In this document: piece after piece, positions 63,330 through 64,000 of the stretch | How the letters are laid out: each line of letters begins with the position of its first letter | Position numbering within the stretch: the first letter of the stretch is position 1 | Notes under the pieces: model-generated | Database searches by the model: none | What the model saw: only the letters and a program-made list of their open reading frames with translations | Told to the model about the DNA's origin: nothing | DNA from: Eledone cirrhosa | Lineage: Eukaryota | Direction of reading: 5' to 3' | Assembly: GCA_964016885.1 (NCBI GenBank) | Contig: OZ024742.1 | Location: 39,122,001-39,186,000 of the forward strand | Length of the DNA stretch: 64,000 bases | Position numbers and translations under genes: made by a program

Positions 63330-64000
63330 CACCTCAGACACACAAATGAAAACAACCCCTCCCCAAAACATAACACTGACACCAACACAAAAGAGCTCAC
63401 AACAACAGCAAACAAAAAACACCACACAAAAACAAAAACATGCATACACATACATAAACACAAGAAACAAAAAACTGTTAAACATTGTGTACAACAACAA
63501 TCTAATAAAAACACAAGGGCCTAACTTCACCCAGGCAGGGGATTTCCCCCACCTCAAAATGATTAAGGCCCCACAGGACAACTATAAAACTTTAAAAAAC
63601 AACTTTAAAGAGGACGTGGGTCCCCCCTGCGTCGGGCCCATTAACCGCGTCCTCCTAAAAAACTACCCCACCGCCTCCCCAAACACCCACACAACTCCAA
63701 ACTCCCCAACCACACAACACATTGATGCCCCTACACCTCCACAAACCACCACCCCACCCAACAACCCATCCCCCACCCTAATGGAAATTGTGCAGCCCGA
63801 TACCCGGGACGCAGAGAAGTAAGTGCCTTTTCTCTTCACCACCAACATGGCCATGCTAAGAGTAGGCTGTTTAAATGCGCGTGGCCTGGGCTCAACTTGG
63901 AAGCAAGCAATGCTTCTAAATGACCTCAGGTCACAACGTACAGATGTGATGGTTATTTGCGAGGCCCGGATCAGCAACGTGCGACAGCTGGCCCCCCCAC
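63330..64000 (+). mobile_element. Tx1/L1-clade LINE: end of ORF1 and start of ORF2 (runs off the window)
   Basis: ORF ends at 63822; ATG at 63847 gives MAMLRVGCLNARGLGSTWKQAMLLNDLRS..VICEARIS, homologous to MTSLRIGSINARGLGSSWKQGHLLNDLRS. Confidence 0.9.

Overview
AT-rich, repeat-saturated eukaryotic non-coding DNA. The SINE and LINE repertoire and the (TA)n/(TATG)n/(CA)n density suggest a cephalopod such as Octopus (inference). No convincing host gene is visible, and most listed ORFs are microsatellite read-throughs. The real coding remnants are decayed non-LTR retrotransposons: a near full-length RTE LINE with two C-terminal C2H2 fingers, four Tx1/L1-type copies, two R4/Dong-like restriction-endonuclease LINEs sitting antisense in (TATG)n tails, and several RTE and CRE-like 3' fragments. 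Also present are many tRNA-derived SINEs, non-autonomous RTE derivatives, a hAT MITE and a 7.5 kb two-unit minisatellite with higher-order structure. The most interesting hidden layer is a set of non-coding, (TA)n-flanked direct and inverted repeats carrying minimal Penelope/retrozyme-type hammerhead ribozyme motifs from at least three families. One 1.3 kb LTR-like element has a hammerhead with an unusual branched stem II of about 96 nt. All folds and alignments were done by eye, so boundaries are approximate.
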